From: an uncultured Oscillospiraceae bacterium
Lineage (GTDB): Bacteria > Bacillota > Clostridia > Oscillospirales > Oscillospiraceae
Assembly (NCBI GenBank): GCA_900752445.1
Contig: CAADVN010000050.1
Span: 1-42,410 of the forward strand
Length of the DNA stretch: 42,410 bases
Direction: 5' to 3'
Numbering within the stretch: the stretch's first letter is position 1; the number at the start of each line of letters is the position of its first letter. This document shows positions 9,042-18,725 of this stretch, piece by piece. The notes beneath the pieces were generated by a model that saw only the letters and a list, made by a program, of their open reading frames with translations, did not search any database and was not told the DNA's origin. The position numbers and the translations under genes are program-made.

Positions 9042-10760
9042 TCACCCCCTCTCCAGCGTCACGGCAAAGCCGTACGGACCTATTTTACCACCGCCGAGCC
9101 CCTCCGAAAGGAGCGTTTCGCCCTCGACTTCGCAGTCTGCGGCGGAGTCCGAGCAATTTATGTAAACCCTCACCCTCTCCTCTGCGCACTCGCGCGCGAA
9201 GGCGAGAAGGCCGCTGCCACGCTTAGCGCACAGGAGCCGGAACTCGCCCCTCTGCAGGGCCGTCAGGCCGCGCCTGAGCGCTATGGCGCGCTTGTAGAAC
9301 GAGAGCAGCTCCATGTCGCCGCCGTCCCAGGGCATGGGTCTCCGGTAGTCCTCCTCGGCTAGGCCCTCCGCGCCCAGCTCGTCGCCGTAGAAGATGCTCG
9401 GCACGCCGGGGAAGCAGAGCTGGAACAGCACGGCGAGCTTGTATCGCCGCCGGTCTCCGCCGCAGAGCGAGAGGAAGCGGCTCACGTCGTGGGTATCGAG
9501 CACTCCCAGCTGCGCGGCGACGAGCTGCTTTTTGTAGCGCATGAGCATGCCCGTGCAGCGGCCCGCAAAGGTGAAGGCGTCCTCGCTCTGCTCGGCGAAG
9601 AACCCGCGGCAGTGCCGGCGCAGCTCGTAGTTCATGCAGGAGTCGAACATGTCCCCTGCCAGCCAGTGACCGGCGCTCTCCCAGACCTCGCCTATCAGTA
9701 TGGCCTCGGGCTTTACGGCCTTCACGCGGCGCCGGAACTCGCGCCAGAAGCTGTCGTCCACCTCGCTCGCCACGTCGAGCCGCCAGCCGTCAATGCCGAA
9801 CTCCCTCACCCAGTGCTCGCCCACGGCGCAGAAATACTCTCTGACCTCGGGGTTTGCCGTGTCGAGCTTGGGCATGAGCCGCTCGTAGCCGAAGCACTCG
9901 TAGCCCGGTATGGCCTCCGGGTCCTCGGGCCGCGTCACGGGAAAGCTCAGGCGGTAGAACCAGTCCCTGTAAGCCGAGCCCTCGCCCTTTTGCACGACGT
10001 CCTCGAAGGCGAAGAAGCGCCAGCCGCAGTGGTTGAAGACCCCGTCTATGATGACGCGCATGTCCATTTTGTGTGCCGTGTCCACCAGCTCGCGGAAGTC
10101 CCCGTTCGTGCCGAGGCAGGGGTCTATGTGGTAGTAGTCGATGAGGTCGTACTTGTGGTACTCCCCTGCGGCGAAGATGGGGTTTAAGTATATGCAGTTC
10201 ACTCCGAGCTGCGCGAGGTAGTCGAGATTTTCCGTGACGCCGCGTATAGTGCCGCCGAGCTTGCCCCGGGTCGTGACGCCGCAGAACTCGCGCTGCGCGG
10301 GCTCCAGGCTGATGCACCGGCGCGAAGTGGCGAAGCTGTCGGGGAAAATGTTGTAGACCACCGCCTCATGCACCCAGTCGGGCGCTTTTGCTATGTCGGC
10401 GCGGTGGTTGAAGGGGAGCTTGAAGTACTCCGAGCGGTCGTCTACCAGCCTGTCCGTGAAGACCCCGCCGTAGTAGTAGCAGCTCTCCTCTCCGTCCGAG
10501 AGCTCGAAGTGGTAGAAGATGCGGTGGTAGGGGCTCACGAGCGTGAGCTCCCACCAGTCGTGGTATTCGTCCGAGAGCACGCGCTCCATGGGCTCCGGGA
10601 ACCAGTCTATTGGCGTCTTCCGGCAGGCGGTGTCGCCGTACCAGAGCGTCACGCGCTCGAGGTCGCCCCTCGCAGCGCGCAGGCGGAGGACTATGCGCCT
10701 CTCGTCCAGCCCATGTGCGTATTCGGACATGGGTATGTGAAGTATGGCTTCCTTTTTCAT
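9042..10760 (-). CDS. GH13 alpha-glucosidase of the neopullulanase/cyclomaltodextrinase type (intracellular)
   Basis: GH13 regions I-IV are present: DGVFNHCG, GWRLDVASE, IGEVWE, LDTHD. It has an N-terminal amylase-N-type domain and no signal peptide. Confidence 0.9.
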   Translation of the reverse strand: MKKEAILHIPMSEYAHGLDERRIVLRLRAARGDLERVTLWYGDTACRKTPIDWFPEPMERVLSDEYHDWWELTLVSPYHRIFYHFELSDGEESCYYYGGVFTDRLVDDRSEYFKLPFNHRADIAKAPDWVHEAVVYNIFPDSFATSRRCISLEPAQREFCGVTTRGKLGGTIRGVTENLDYLAQLGVNCIYLNPIFAAGEYHKYDLIDYYHIDPCLGTNGDFRELVDTAHKMDMRVIIDGVFNHCGWRFFAFEDVVQKGEGSAYRDWFYRLSFPVTRPEDPEAIPGYECFGYERLMPKLDTANPEVREYFCAVGEHWVREFGIDGWRLDVASEVDDSFWREFRRRVKAVKPEAILIGEVWESAGHWLAGDMFDSCMNYELRRHCRGFFAEQSEDAFTFAGRCTGMLMRYKKQLVAAQLGVLDTHDVSRFLSLCGGDRRRYKLAVLFQLCFPGVPSIFYGDELGAEGLAEEDYRRPMPWDGGDMELLSFYKRAIALRRGLTALQRGEFRLLCAKRGSGLLAFARECAEERVRVYINCSDSAADCEVEGETLLSEGLGGGKIGPYGFAVTLERG

Positions 10761-10761
10761 A

Positions 10762-11607
10762 CTATCCTTTCACGCCTCCTGCGGTAAGGCCGGAGGTCAT
10801 GTGCTTCTGGCTGAGGAAGAAGATCACGAGCACGGGCAGCGACACGGTTATGGACGCCGCGGCGAACACCGGCCAGGAGCCGCTCATCTCCGTCGCCTGC
10901 AGCGCGTAGAGGCCGGCGGCCAGGGTGTAGCTCGCCTCGCCGGTCATGAAGGTCGTGGCGTAGATGTACTCGTTCCAGACGTAGATGAGCACCATGAGCG
11001 CCGTGACCACCACGCTGGGCTTCGCGAGCGGCAGCACGATGCGGGTCACGACCTGAAGGTCCGTCGCGCCGTCCATCCTAGCCGCCTCCTCGATCTCTAT
11101 GGGCACGGTGTCGAAGTAGCCCTTCATGTTCCAGAGGCTGAACACGGCCATGGTGCCCGTATAGACTATGATGAGGCCCAGCCTGTGGTTTATGAGCCCC
11201 ATGGGCCGTAGCAGCCGGTAGACGGCGAACATGCTGAGTATGGCCGGGAAGGAGTTTAGCAGCACCAGCCAGCGCAGGACGAGCCTCCGGCCCGGGAAGC
11301 GCCGCCTTGAGAAGCAGTAGGCCGCCGGCACCGCCGCAGCGAGCGATATGGCCACCGTCGCCGCGGCGAGGATGATGCTGTTGCCGAACCAGGTCAGGAT
11401 GTCCTCGCCGGTGAAGACCTGTATGTAGTTATCCAGGGTGAAATCCTTCGGTATGAAGGAAAAATCCGAGCTCAGAAGCGTGTTCTGGCCGTTCAGGGAG
11501 ACGCTCAGGGCGTAGAGTATGGGCATGAGCGTCACAAAGCAGAGAACGATGAAGAATATGTTGAGGAAGGCCAGGCCTATCCCCTCCCTGAGTCTTTTGC
11601 CTCTCAT
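10762..11607 (-). CDS. Carbohydrate ABC transporter permease (MalG-like)
   Basis: Start MRGKRLREGIG at 11607 overlaps the upstream stop (ATGA). EAA loop EEAARMDGATDLQVVTRIVLPLAKP. The 501-aa track ORF is an N-terminal over-extension. Confidence 0.9.
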   Translation of the reverse strand: MRGKRLREGIGLAFLNIFFIVLCFVTLMPILYALSVSLNGQNTLLSSDFSFIPKDFTLDNYIQVFTGEDILTWFGNSIILAAATVAISLAAAVPAAYCFSRRRFPGRRLVLRWLVLLNSFPAILSMFAVYRLLRPMGLINHRLGLIIVYTGTMAVFSLWNMKGYFDTVPIEIEEAARMDGATDLQVVTRIVLPLAKPSVVVTALMVLIYVWNEYIYATTFMTGEASYTLAAGLYALQATEMSGSWPVFAAASITVSLPVLVIFFLSQKHMTSGLTAGGVKG

Positions 11608-12512
11608 CTCTCCCCCTCCCCTCCGAGCTGGTAGCGCGCCGAAAAGGCGAGCAGCAGCAGGAATATAATGATTGATATCGCCGAGCTGTAGCCGTAGTTG
11701 TTCGTGATGAAGGCGTTCTCGTAGGCGTAGGTGAGTATGGTGTGCAGGCCGGAGCCTGTCTTCGCGCCCATCTGCTGGGTGAGCAGGTAGATTACGTCGA
11801 ACTGCTTGAAGGTCGTGAACACTGTTATTATGACCGCCGGGGCGATGATGGGCTTTATGCACGGTATCGTGATGCTCACGGAGCGCCGGAACCAGTTCGC
11901 ACCGTCCAGCAGGGCGCTCTCGTAGTAGCTGCGGTCTATGCTCTGCATCGCCCCGTCCATTATCATCAGCATGAAGGGCAGCGCGAGCCAGAGGTTCACC
12001 ACCGTGCAGCTGATGAAGGCCGTGACGTCCGTCGCAAGCCACCTCTGCGCCTCGAGGCCCAGCTTCTCCATCCACTGGTTCAAGAGCCCGAACTCGGAGT
12101 TGAACATGCCCGTCTTCCAGAGCAGTATCGACACGTAGCCTGGCATGGCCCAGGGGAACATCAGAAGCGTCTTGTAGAGCTTCCTGAGCCGCAGCTTCTG
12201 TATGTTCAGCAGGCTCGCCAGGACAAAGGCGAGGACGAGCTGTATGGCCATGTTCACGACCGTCCACAGCACCGTGTTGAGAAGCGCCGTGAGAAAGCCC
12301 GAGTCGAAGACGAACAGCGCCCTTGCGTAGTTCTCCAGGCCGATGACCGTGTAATCGAACCAGTGGTAGACGTTCATGTTCGTCAGCGAGATGAAGAAGG
12401 TGTAGAGTATCGGGAACACGACGATGAGCGCGATGAGCAGCAGCGAGGGCGCCGACCAGAGATAGCTCGCGAGCCAGCCCCGGCGCTGTTTTTTCAGTCT
12501 GTCTTCCATCAC
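11604..12512 (-). CDS. Carbohydrate ABC transporter permease (MalF-like)
   Basis: 302 aa, multi-TM, with the EAA motif YESALLDGANWFRRSVSITIPCIKP. Confidence 0.9.
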   Translation of the reverse strand: MMEDRLKKQRRGWLASYLWSAPSLLLIALIVVFPILYTFFISLTNMNVYHWFDYTVIGLENYARALFVFDSGFLTALLNTVLWTVVNMAIQLVLAFVLASLLNIQKLRLRKLYKTLLMFPWAMPGYVSILLWKTGMFNSEFGLLNQWMEKLGLEAQRWLATDVTAFISCTVVNLWLALPFMLMIMDGAMQSIDRSYYESALLDGANWFRRSVSITIPCIKPIIAPAVIITVFTTFKQFDVIYLLTQQMGAKTGSGLHTILTYAYENAFITNNYGYSSAISIIIFLLLLAFSARYQLGGEGER

Positions 12513-13708
12513 TTCATGTTGGCGATGAGGCCCTCGGCCTCGGCCAGCGCCTCGTCAAAGGCGGCGTCCACGTCCGCGCCCGAGAGGTTCACGTCGGTGA
12601 GCAGGTTGCTCACCACCGTCCACATGACGTCCATCTCGGGGATGTTCGGCATGGGCACGGCTATCTCCGCCGTCGTGCGCATGGCCTGCACCAGCTCGTC
12701 GTCGGCCACCTGCGCATCGTCGTAGCAGGCGGCGTTCGCCGGGGCGCAGCCGCTCGCAAGGGCGAGGTCTATGCCTATCTGCGGCGAGCAGAGCGCGGCG
12801 AGCACGGCCTTCACCGCCTCTGTCTTGTTCTCTGCGGCGTATTTGAGCACCTGCACGCCCTGTACGCCCGAGTAGGGCGCGAGGGCCATGCCCGTCCCAT
12901 CCACCGTCGGCATGGGCGCTATGCCCAGCTCTATGCCCGCGTCCCTGGCGCTCGGCACCATCCAGGGCCCGCCGATTGTCGAGTCCGCCTTGCCCTCGAG
13001 AAAGAGCGTGTTCACCGTCGAATACTCCGTCTCGCCCGGCATGAGCCCTACGAACTTTAGGTGATAGCGCAGGGCCTCTTTCACCGCTTCGGGCTCAGGG
13101 AAGGGCGTCCCGTCCTCGGACACGATGGAGCCGCCGAAGCCGTGTATCCAGGCCGCGGAGTAATAGGCCGTGGAGTGCTGCTCCACGAAGCCGTAGCGGC
13201 CCCGGCCCGTGTTCTGCTCCATATAGCTGTAGAGCTCCTCAGTAGTGGCGGGCACCTGGTCGTCCTGCATGTAGCGCTTGTTGTACATGAATAGCAGCGT
13301 CTCAAAGTAGAGCGGCAGCTGGTAGAGCGTGCCCTTGTAGCTCGCCGCCTCGATGGTCATGGGCAGCCAGTTATCCAGGGCCCCCTCGCCGAGCAGGGTA
13401 TTCACGTCGGCCAGGATGCCCATCTCCGCAAAGACACCGATCTTGTCATGCGCAAAGATGAACATGTCCGGGGCCGAGCTCGGGTCGTTGCCCACGAGCT
13501 TCAGCGAATCCGTGAGGCTGGTCTTCTTCTCGAACACCACCTCGACCTCGGGCACGTTCTCCGCAAGGTAGGCCGTCAGCGCCTCGATGACAGCGTCCTC
13601 CTTGTCATGCCAGACGACGAGCTTGCCCGTGTCCACGCCTCCGGCCCCGCAGGCCGCGAGCGGTATGAGTATGGCCGCTATGAGCAGCAGCGATATCGTC
13701 CTTTTCAT
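12509..13708 (-). CDS. ABC transporter extracellular sugar-binding lipoprotein (maltodextrin-type)
   Basis: Lipobox LIPLAACG and family-1 solute-binding protein features. Its start is adjacent to the permeases. Confidence 0.88.
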   Translation of the reverse strand: MKRTISLLLIAAILIPLAACGAGGVDTGKLVVWHDKEDAVIEALTAYLAENVPEVEVVFEKKTSLTDSLKLVGNDPSSAPDMFIFAHDKIGVFAEMGILADVNTLLGEGALDNWLPMTIEAASYKGTLYQLPLYFETLLFMYNKRYMQDDQVPATTEELYSYMEQNTGRGRYGFVEQHSTAYYSAAWIHGFGGSIVSEDGTPFPEPEAVKEALRYHLKFVGLMPGETEYSTVNTLFLEGKADSTIGGPWMVPSARDAGIELGIAPMPTVDGTGMALAPYSGVQGVQVLKYAAENKTEAVKAVLAALCSPQIGIDLALASGCAPANAACYDDAQVADDELVQAMRTTAEIAVPMPNIPEMDVMWTVVSNLLTDVNLSGADVDAAFDEALAEAEGLIANMK

Positions 13709-13720
13709 TTAAAACCTCCA

Positions 13721-13765
13721 AAAATCCGGATGGGCGGGCGCGGTTTTCCACGCCCGCCCTGTTTT
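13721..13765 (-). terminator. Terminator or attenuator between the CBM protein gene and the ABC transporter genes
   Basis: On the minus strand, GGGCGGGCG-loop-CGCCCGCCC is followed by ATCCGGATTTTTGG, directly upstream of the GGAGG RBS of the binding-protein gene. Confidence 0.6.
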
Positions 13766-13775
13766 CAGGCCGAAA

Positions 13776-14939
13776 TCAGTCCTTCTTCTTTTTCTTCGAC
13801 ACCACGACGGCTATCACCACCACGGCCACCACCGCGACCGCGACTATTATCCACACCGTCGCGCTGCTGCCGCCCTCGGCCTCAGCCGGCGCCTCAGTCG
13901 GCGCAGGCGTCGCCTCAGGGGTCGCCTCAGGGGTCGCCTCGGGCTCCGCCACGTCGCCCGACGGCTGCTCGTAGCTCACAGAGGCGTCCTCGGGGCCGTT
14001 CACTATCACCCAGACGTCCTTGCCCGCCTCTACGGAGAGGTCGGTGGTCTGTACGCTGCCCTCGTTGGCGTTTATGATGACGGAATTTATCCAGCCCGGG
14101 GCCTCAAGCGCGTACCAGCCGTCGGCCTCGGCCATGGCCTCGCCGGGCCAGGCGGCGAAGGCGTTCGTGCCGTCAGGCGCAGACCAGGCCCAGAGGCAGG
14201 GCCCCGCCCAGTCCGCGGGCACCTGGGCATACACTGTTATGTTCTCCACGCCCGCCGTCTCCGGGTCCTCATAGGCGAGCTCGTAGCTCAGGTCGTCGTA
14301 TACGGTTATCCAGAGCTCCTTCGGCTCGATGGTCACGTCCTCGGTCTGTACCGTGCCCTCGTTGCCGCTGACGATGATGCTGTTGACCCAGGCGGGGACG
14401 CGGGCCGTGAACCAGCCGTTCTCGTTTTCGGTCATGGCCTTGCCGGGCCAGGCTTCAAAGGCGTTTGTGCCGTCCGGGTCGAGCCAGGCCCAGAGGTTGA
14501 CCGTCTTCCACTCGAGCGGGACGTAGGCGTGGACGGTGATCTTCTCCACGTACTCGGGTATCTCCACGTCCGTCTGCGCGTCGTAGCTGACCGTGGCCGT
14601 GTTGTCCTCCGCCACAGTTATCCAGGCCGCCTTGCCTGCCTCGACTACCACGCCCTCGGTCTGCACCGAGCCTGCGTTGGCGTTCACGATGACGTTCTGA
14701 ACGAAGCTCGGCACATAGCAGTAATACCAGCCGGTGTCGCCGAGCTTGTCGGCCTCCTCGCCCGGCCAGGCCGCGAAGGCGTTCGTGCCGTCGTCCGCCC
14801 AGGCCCAGAGGCGGGGCGCCTCCCAGCCCTCCGGTACGCTGACGCAGACCGGCACCATCTCCTCTCCCTCAGCGAGCGCCGCCGTGCCCAGAGACAGCAG
14901 GCAGCAGACGGCCGCAAGGATCGCAATGAGCTTTTTCAT
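13776..14939 (-). CDS. Cell-surface starch-binding protein with three CBM25/26-like modules, a PEAT linker and a C-terminal TM anchor
   Basis: - Signal peptide present.
- Three ~91-aa repeats, each with WAW..DGTNAF.AWPG..M....GW......P.W.N..I.....G..QT.D.
- PEATPEATPEATP linker.
- Hydrophobic tail VWIIVAVAVVAVVVIAVVV followed by KKKKKD. Confidence 0.8.
   Translation of the reverse strand: MKKLIAILAAVCCLLSLGTAALAEGEEMVPVCVSVPEGWEAPRLWAWADDGTNAFAAWPGEEADKLGDTGWYYCYVPSFVQNVIVNANAGSVQTEGVVVEAGKAAWITVAEDNTATVSYDAQTDVEIPEYVEKITVHAYVPLEWKTVNLWAWLDPDGTNAFEAWPGKAMTENENGWFTARVPAWVNSIIVSGNEGTVQTEDVTIEPKELWITVYDDLSYELAYEDPETAGVENITVYAQVPADWAGPCLWAWSAPDGTNAFAAWPGEAMAEADGWYALEAPGWINSVIINANEGSVQTTDLSVEAGKDVWVIVNGPEDASVSYEQPSGDVAEPEATPEATPEATPAPTEAPAEAEGGSSATVWIIVAVAVVAVVVIAVVVSKKKKKD
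13971..14858 (-). repeat. Three tandem coding repeats (starch-binding modules) inside the surface protein gene
   Basis: The modules span about aa 28-119, 133-223 and 232-323, which correspond to about 14583-14858, 14271-14543 and 13971-14246. They are alignable by eye at the protein level. Confidence 0.8.
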
Positions 14940-14990
14940 TTCATGACCTCCGTTTTCACATTTTAACGCGGGAAATCGAACCTTGGTGAA

Positions 14991-15020
14991 ATAGTATCAT
15001 CCTCCAGAAGACCTCGTCAA
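14991..15020 (-). promoter_or_regulatory. Candidate promoter of the starch-binding protein / maltodextrin locus
   Basis: The minus strand reads TTGACG (15020-15015), an 18-nt spacer, then TGATACTAT (extended -10, TACTAT at 14996-14991). Confidence 0.4.
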
Positions 15021-15293
15021 CGGAGATTTGAGAAACTACTTTCTCTATTCGTTCAGCAATATTCTACAATAATTATTGTGCTAAACTGTGGCCTATGACG
15101 GATATCTGGCCCGTAGTTTTGCGCTTTTGGCACAAAACTGCGCGGCATCTCACAGCGCTCATAAGAAATCATTTTCGCAACTTTTGCTCGAGCTCTCCAC
15201 CACAGTGAATGACAAGGTCACAAGTATGGTTTTTAGTCTGACTCCAGCCGCGCTCAGCATGACATACGGGAAAGCGCCCGGTTTTAAAATGGG

Positions 15294-15328
15294 CAAAAAG
15301 ATGATGGCCGGGCAAATGCCCGGCCATC
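15294..15328 (-). terminator. Rho-independent terminator of the small XRE gene
   Basis: Perfect 12-bp stem GATGGCCGGGCA / TGCCCGGCCATC (15303-15328). On the minus strand it is followed by CATCTTTTTGCCC. Confidence 0.75.
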
Positions 15329-15363
15329 CGACGATTTATTAAGCCCGGTCTATCGCCTGAGCT

Positions 15364-15603
15364 TTATGGCTCAAGGTTCTCCTCACAAAACAGATACGAA
15401 TCGAAAAACTCGCTGATGTCTATGCCCAGACCCTGGCAGATCTCGTGAATGATGCGAAGCTTCGTGGAGTCATACTGGCAGTTGACGATATTTCCTATCG
15501 TGGTCTTTGGAACGCCGCTTTTCATCGACAGCTGATACTGAGACAGGCCGCGTTCCGCCAGCAGGCCCTGAAGCCTCTTACTGACTGCAGTATTGAGTTT
15601 CAT
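15364..15603 (-). CDS. XRE-family HTH transcriptional regulator (79 aa)
   Basis: KRLQGLLAERGLSQYQLSMKSGVPKTTIGNIVN is a Cro/C1-type HTH. Confidence 0.85.
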   Translation of the reverse strand: MKLNTAVSKRLQGLLAERGLSQYQLSMKSGVPKTTIGNIVNCQYDSTKLRIIHEICQGLGIDISEFFDSYLFCEENLEP

Positions 15604-15660
15604 TGTTTACCGCCCCTCTCCCTGTATTGCCCTTATTATAGGAGATGCCGCGTGGAAAAT

Positions 15661-15678
15661 AGTACATTAAACTGTACT
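15661..15678. promoter_or_regulatory. Candidate operator palindrome upstream of the XRE gene
   Basis: AGTACA-TTAAAC-TGTACT, about 60-75 nt upstream of the XRE start codon. Confidence 0.3.
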
Positions 15679-15848
15679 AATATGGATATTTCCCAAAATT
15701 GATTTAAATCCTGCCGCAAAAACCCGATCTCGACCCGATATTGCAGCGCGCTGCTCGTTAGTATTATACGCCTCTCTCCGCAGACACACAACAGGCTTGC
15801 CGCAGCACCGGCGGATATCCGTTTGCCGGAGCAGGCCGCAGCTTACGC

Positions 15849-16391
15849 TCAATCGCGTCTTCCCATGCTGCTCAGGGCCATGACAACGCTGTCAACACCC
15901 AGAAGTATTAGGTATATGCTGGCAAAGCACCTTATCGTTGACAATGTGAAAATGGGATTGAAAAGCATCAGAATGCCCAGCACAAGTCCGATGATATTGA
16001 TGGCCAAGAGCAGATAGAATGTACCTTTGCCGAGCATCAGGCGGATGCGGCTCAGATGCGCAAGCCGGGATACGCAGTGGGCAATGAACCAGATCGGAAA
16101 TAGCATAGTCAGCACCAGCGCTCCCGTCCGGGGATATGCCACCAGCATGATGCCAGCCATAACGCTCAGTATCCCTGAGACCAGAGACAGCACCGGCCCG
16201 AGGCCAGTATAGCGCTCTACATGTATAAAAAGCAGTATGTCCGCAACTCCCATCGCCACGGCGGCTATGCCATAGGCGAATACCAGGCTGGTCAATGCCA
16301 GCTCCGGTTTCAAAAAGGCCAGGATCCCCAGTACCACGAGCAGCAGCCCTATTATAAGCTCAAGCCAGCCGAAACCGGAACGCCTTCTCAT
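15849..16391 (-). CDS. HdeD/DUF308-family membrane protein
   Basis: 180 aa with about 6 TM segments and the repeated DUF308-like pattern (GWLELIIGLLLVVLGILAF...). Its start overlaps the ftsH stop (ATGA). Confidence 0.75.
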   Translation of the reverse strand: MRRRSGFGWLELIIGLLLVVLGILAFLKPELALTSLVFAYGIAAVAMGVADILLFIHVERYTGLGPVLSLVSGILSVMAGIMLVAYPRTGALVLTMLFPIWFIAHCVSRLAHLSRIRLMLGKGTFYLLLAINIIGLVLGILMLFNPIFTLSTIRCFASIYLILLGVDSVVMALSSMGRRD

Positions 16392-18214
16392 TTCTTCTCG
16401 CCTCCATTGAGTATTTCCATGAACTCTTCGCCGGTGATGGTCTCCTTTTCGTACAAATAGTTTGCAAGCTCGTCAAGCTTGGCGCGGTTGTCTGAAAGTA
16501 TCTTTTTGGCCTTCTCGTGCTGCTCTTTCACCAGCTCGACCACCTTGCGGTCTATCTCCGTCTGAGTATCGGGCGAGCAGGCGAGCGAGGTGTCGCCGCC
16601 GAGGTACTGGTTATTGACGGTCTCCATGGCCACCATGTCGAAGTCGTCGCTCATGCCGTAGCGCGTTATCATGGCCCTCGCCAGCTTGGTCGCCTGCTCT
16701 ATGTCGTTTGAAGCGCCCGTGGTGTAGCTGCCGAAGACGACCTCCTCTGCCGCGCGCCCGCCGGTGTAGGTGGCGATCTTGTTTTCGATCTCCTCCTTGG
16801 TGAGCAGGTACTTGTCGCCTGTGTCCACCTGCATGGTGTAGCCCAGCGCGCCGCTCGTGCGCGGGATTATCGTTATCTTCTGCACGGGTGCGGAGTTGGT
16901 CTGGAGCGCTGCGACAAGCGCGTGGCCTATCTCGTGGTAGGAGACGACCTTCTTCTCGTGGTCGGAGAGAACGGCGTTCTTCTTCTGGTAGCCGGCTATG
17001 ACCACCTCTATGCTCTCTTCGAGGTCGGCCTCGGTGACGATGGTGCGGCCATTCCTCACGGCGCGCAGCGCGGCCTCGTTTATGATGTTGGCGAGTTCGG
17101 CGCCGGAGGCCCCGGCGGCCATGCGGGCTATGGTGTGGAAATCCACATCGTCCGCAGCCCTTATCTTCTTTGCATGCACCTTCAGAATGGCCTCGCGTCC
17201 GGCGAGGTCGGGCAGCTCCACGGGCACGCGGCGGTCGAAGCGGCCCGGGCGGGTCAGGGCCGGGTCAAGGCTCTCGGGACGGTTGGTGGCGGCGAGGATG
17301 ATGACGCCGGTGTTCTCCTCAAAGCCGTCCATCTCGGTGAGCAGCTGGTTGAGGGTCTGCTCACGCTCGTCGTTGCTGCCGTTCACACCGGAGTTGCGCT
17401 TCTGGCCGATGGCGTCTATCTCATCTATGAAGACGATGCAGGGCGCCTTTTCCTTGGCTTGCCTGAAGAGGTCGCGGACCTTGGAGGCGCCCATGCCGAC
17501 GAACATCTCAACGAACTCGGAGCCGCTTATCGAGAAGAAGGGCACATTGGCCTCGCCGGCAACGGCTTTGGCAAGCATGGTCTTGCCTGTCCCCGGAGGC
17601 CCGACCAGCAGTATGCCCTTGGGCATGGACGCACCGGCTTCAGTATATTTCTGCGGGTTGTGAAGATAGTCTACTATCTCTGCGAGGCTCTCTTTGGCCT
17701 CGTCCTCGCCTGCCACGTCGGCAAACTTGATGCCCTTGGTAGATTGGACATAGACCTTGGCGTTGCTCTTGCCCATGCCAAAGGCCATGGAGTTCTTGCC
17801 GCCGGCCTGCTCTACCAGTTTCTTGCTAAGGTACTGGCCCAGGCCGAAGAAGATCACCATAGGCAGGACGAAGGTCAACAAAAAGCTCCAAATAGGCGAG
17901 ATAGGCTCCTCTATGACCCGAGCGAAATTTGCCCCGGCATCGTGCAGGCGTTCTGTGAGCGTGGGATCCTCCATAGGCCCGGTCTTGTAGACTACGGTCC
18001 CATCCTTATCTGTGAACAGGATCTGGTTGTCCTCGACCTGTACGGCGCCGATACTCTTTTCCTCTATCATATCCATGAAAGTGCCGTAGTCCACCTCAAC
18101 TACCTGGTTTTTGGACAGCATGGGCGTCACTATGGCGTTGAAGAGTAGGATGATCAGCAATACTACGCAATAGTAAAATATGAGGGGTTTTTTGGGCGAT
18201 TTTACTTCTTTCAT
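16388..18214 (-). CDS. ftsH: ATP-dependent zinc metalloprotease FtsH
   Basis: Walker A GPPGTGKT, Walker [10 protein letters not shown], zinc motif HEIGHA, and two N-terminal TM segments. Confidence 0.97.
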   Translation of the reverse strand: MKEVKSPKKPLIFYYCVVLLIILLFNAIVTPMLSKNQVVEVDYGTFMDMIEEKSIGAVQVEDNQILFTDKDGTVVYKTGPMEDPTLTERLHDAGANFARVIEEPISPIWSFLLTFVLPMVIFFGLGQYLSKKLVEQAGGKNSMAFGMGKSNAKVYVQSTKGIKFADVAGEDEAKESLAEIVDYLHNPQKYTEAGASMPKGILLVGPPGTGKTMLAKAVAGEANVPFFSISGSEFVEMFVGMGASKVRDLFRQAKEKAPCIVFIDEIDAIGQKRNSGVNGSNDEREQTLNQLLTEMDGFEENTGVIILAATNRPESLDPALTRPGRFDRRVPVELPDLAGREAILKVHAKKIRAADDVDFHTIARMAAGASGAELANIINEAALRAVRNGRTIVTEADLEESIEVVIAGYQKKNAVLSDHEKKVVSYHEIGHALVAALQTNSAPVQKITIIPRTSGALGYTMQVDTGDKYLLTKEEIENKIATYTGGRAAEEVVFGSYTTGASNDIEQATKLARAMITRYGMSDDFDMVAMETVNNQYLGGDTSLACSPDTQTEIDRKVVELVKEQHEKAKKILSDNRAKLDELANYLYEKETITGEEFMEILNGGEKK

Positions 18215-18216
18215 AA

Positions 18217-18633
18217 CTATCTCCTTTCAGGCTCCGTCTCAGACAGCTGCGCATCGATGGCCTCCATTGAGAGCAGAAGGGCATGGTCTGCAGCCTGCAT
18301 GGCAAAGTCCAGCGCATATTCGGCAAGGAGGGTCTTCTCTTCCGCCGCTGCAGCCTTGCCGCTCATTTTATCCGTCAATTTGGCCTTAGCCCTTTCGATG
18401 CAGCCTTCGACTTCGATATACGTGTCCGACAGGACAGAGACGAGCTCTGCCCGGGACATACGGAGCTTCTTTTTCAAGGTCAGCTCTGTTTCGGCGCAGT
18501 CTCTGGCCAGAGCCGCGATCTCCTGATGGAGCCGGTCTCCATCTGCCATCTCGGCCAGTTGGATGCGGCTGCTCAAGCGTGAAAACTGCTCCTCCAGCTC
18601 ACAAAGCTTGACGCTGAGTATCTCATGTGCCAT
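18217..18633 (-). CDS. Hypothetical helical protein co-transcribed with ftsH
   Basis: 138-aa ORF ending 3 nt before the ftsH start. Helix-rich and acidic, with no recognised family. Confidence 0.55.
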   Translation of the reverse strand: MAHEILSVKLCELEEQFSRLSSRIQLAEMADGDRLHQEIAALARDCAETELTLKKKLRMSRAELVSVLSDTYIEVEGCIERAKAKLTDKMSGKAAAAEEKTLLAEYALDFAMQAADHALLLSMEAIDAQLSETEPERR

Positions 18634-18696
18634 ACCTGTACCTTCCTTCCGTTCTCTGCCCAGTTCCCGCGGGGCAGCTATGCTTTATTCAACCGT

Positions 18697-18725
18697 ATTT
18701 TAGACAGAGCCGGCGCTGTCTGCAA
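18697..18725 (-). promoter_or_regulatory. Candidate promoter of the hypothetical-ftsH-hdeD operon
   Basis: The minus strand reads TTGCAG (18725-18720), a 17-nt spacer, then TAAAAT (18702-18697). Confidence 0.35.

Noticed and set aside
10762-12267. 501-aa version of the MalG-like permease ORF. Similar long N-terminal extensions occur at 2288-3010 and at the pheS start at 4010.
   Set aside because: The extensions overlap upstream genes or the T-box terminator and are Arg/His-rich. Internal starts with RBSs (11607, 2848, 4070) give normal-length proteins.
13907-13942. 12-nt tandem repeat (GTCGCCTCAGGG-like, about 3 copies)
   Set aside because: It simply encodes the PEATPEATPEATP linker of the surface protein. 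It is neither a CRISPR nor a regulatory repeat.
14941-14990. Possible cre or LacI-type operator near the starch-locus start (TGTGAAAACGGAGG region)
   Set aside because: It does not fit the TGWAANCGNTNWCA consensus (the T at position 10 is missing) and is not palindromic. Part of it is the RBS.
15088-15342. 84-aa plus-strand ORF between the starch locus and the XRE gene
   Set aside because: It has a GTG start with no RBS, low-complexity content, and its 3' end runs through the XRE terminator hairpin. It is probably non-coding.
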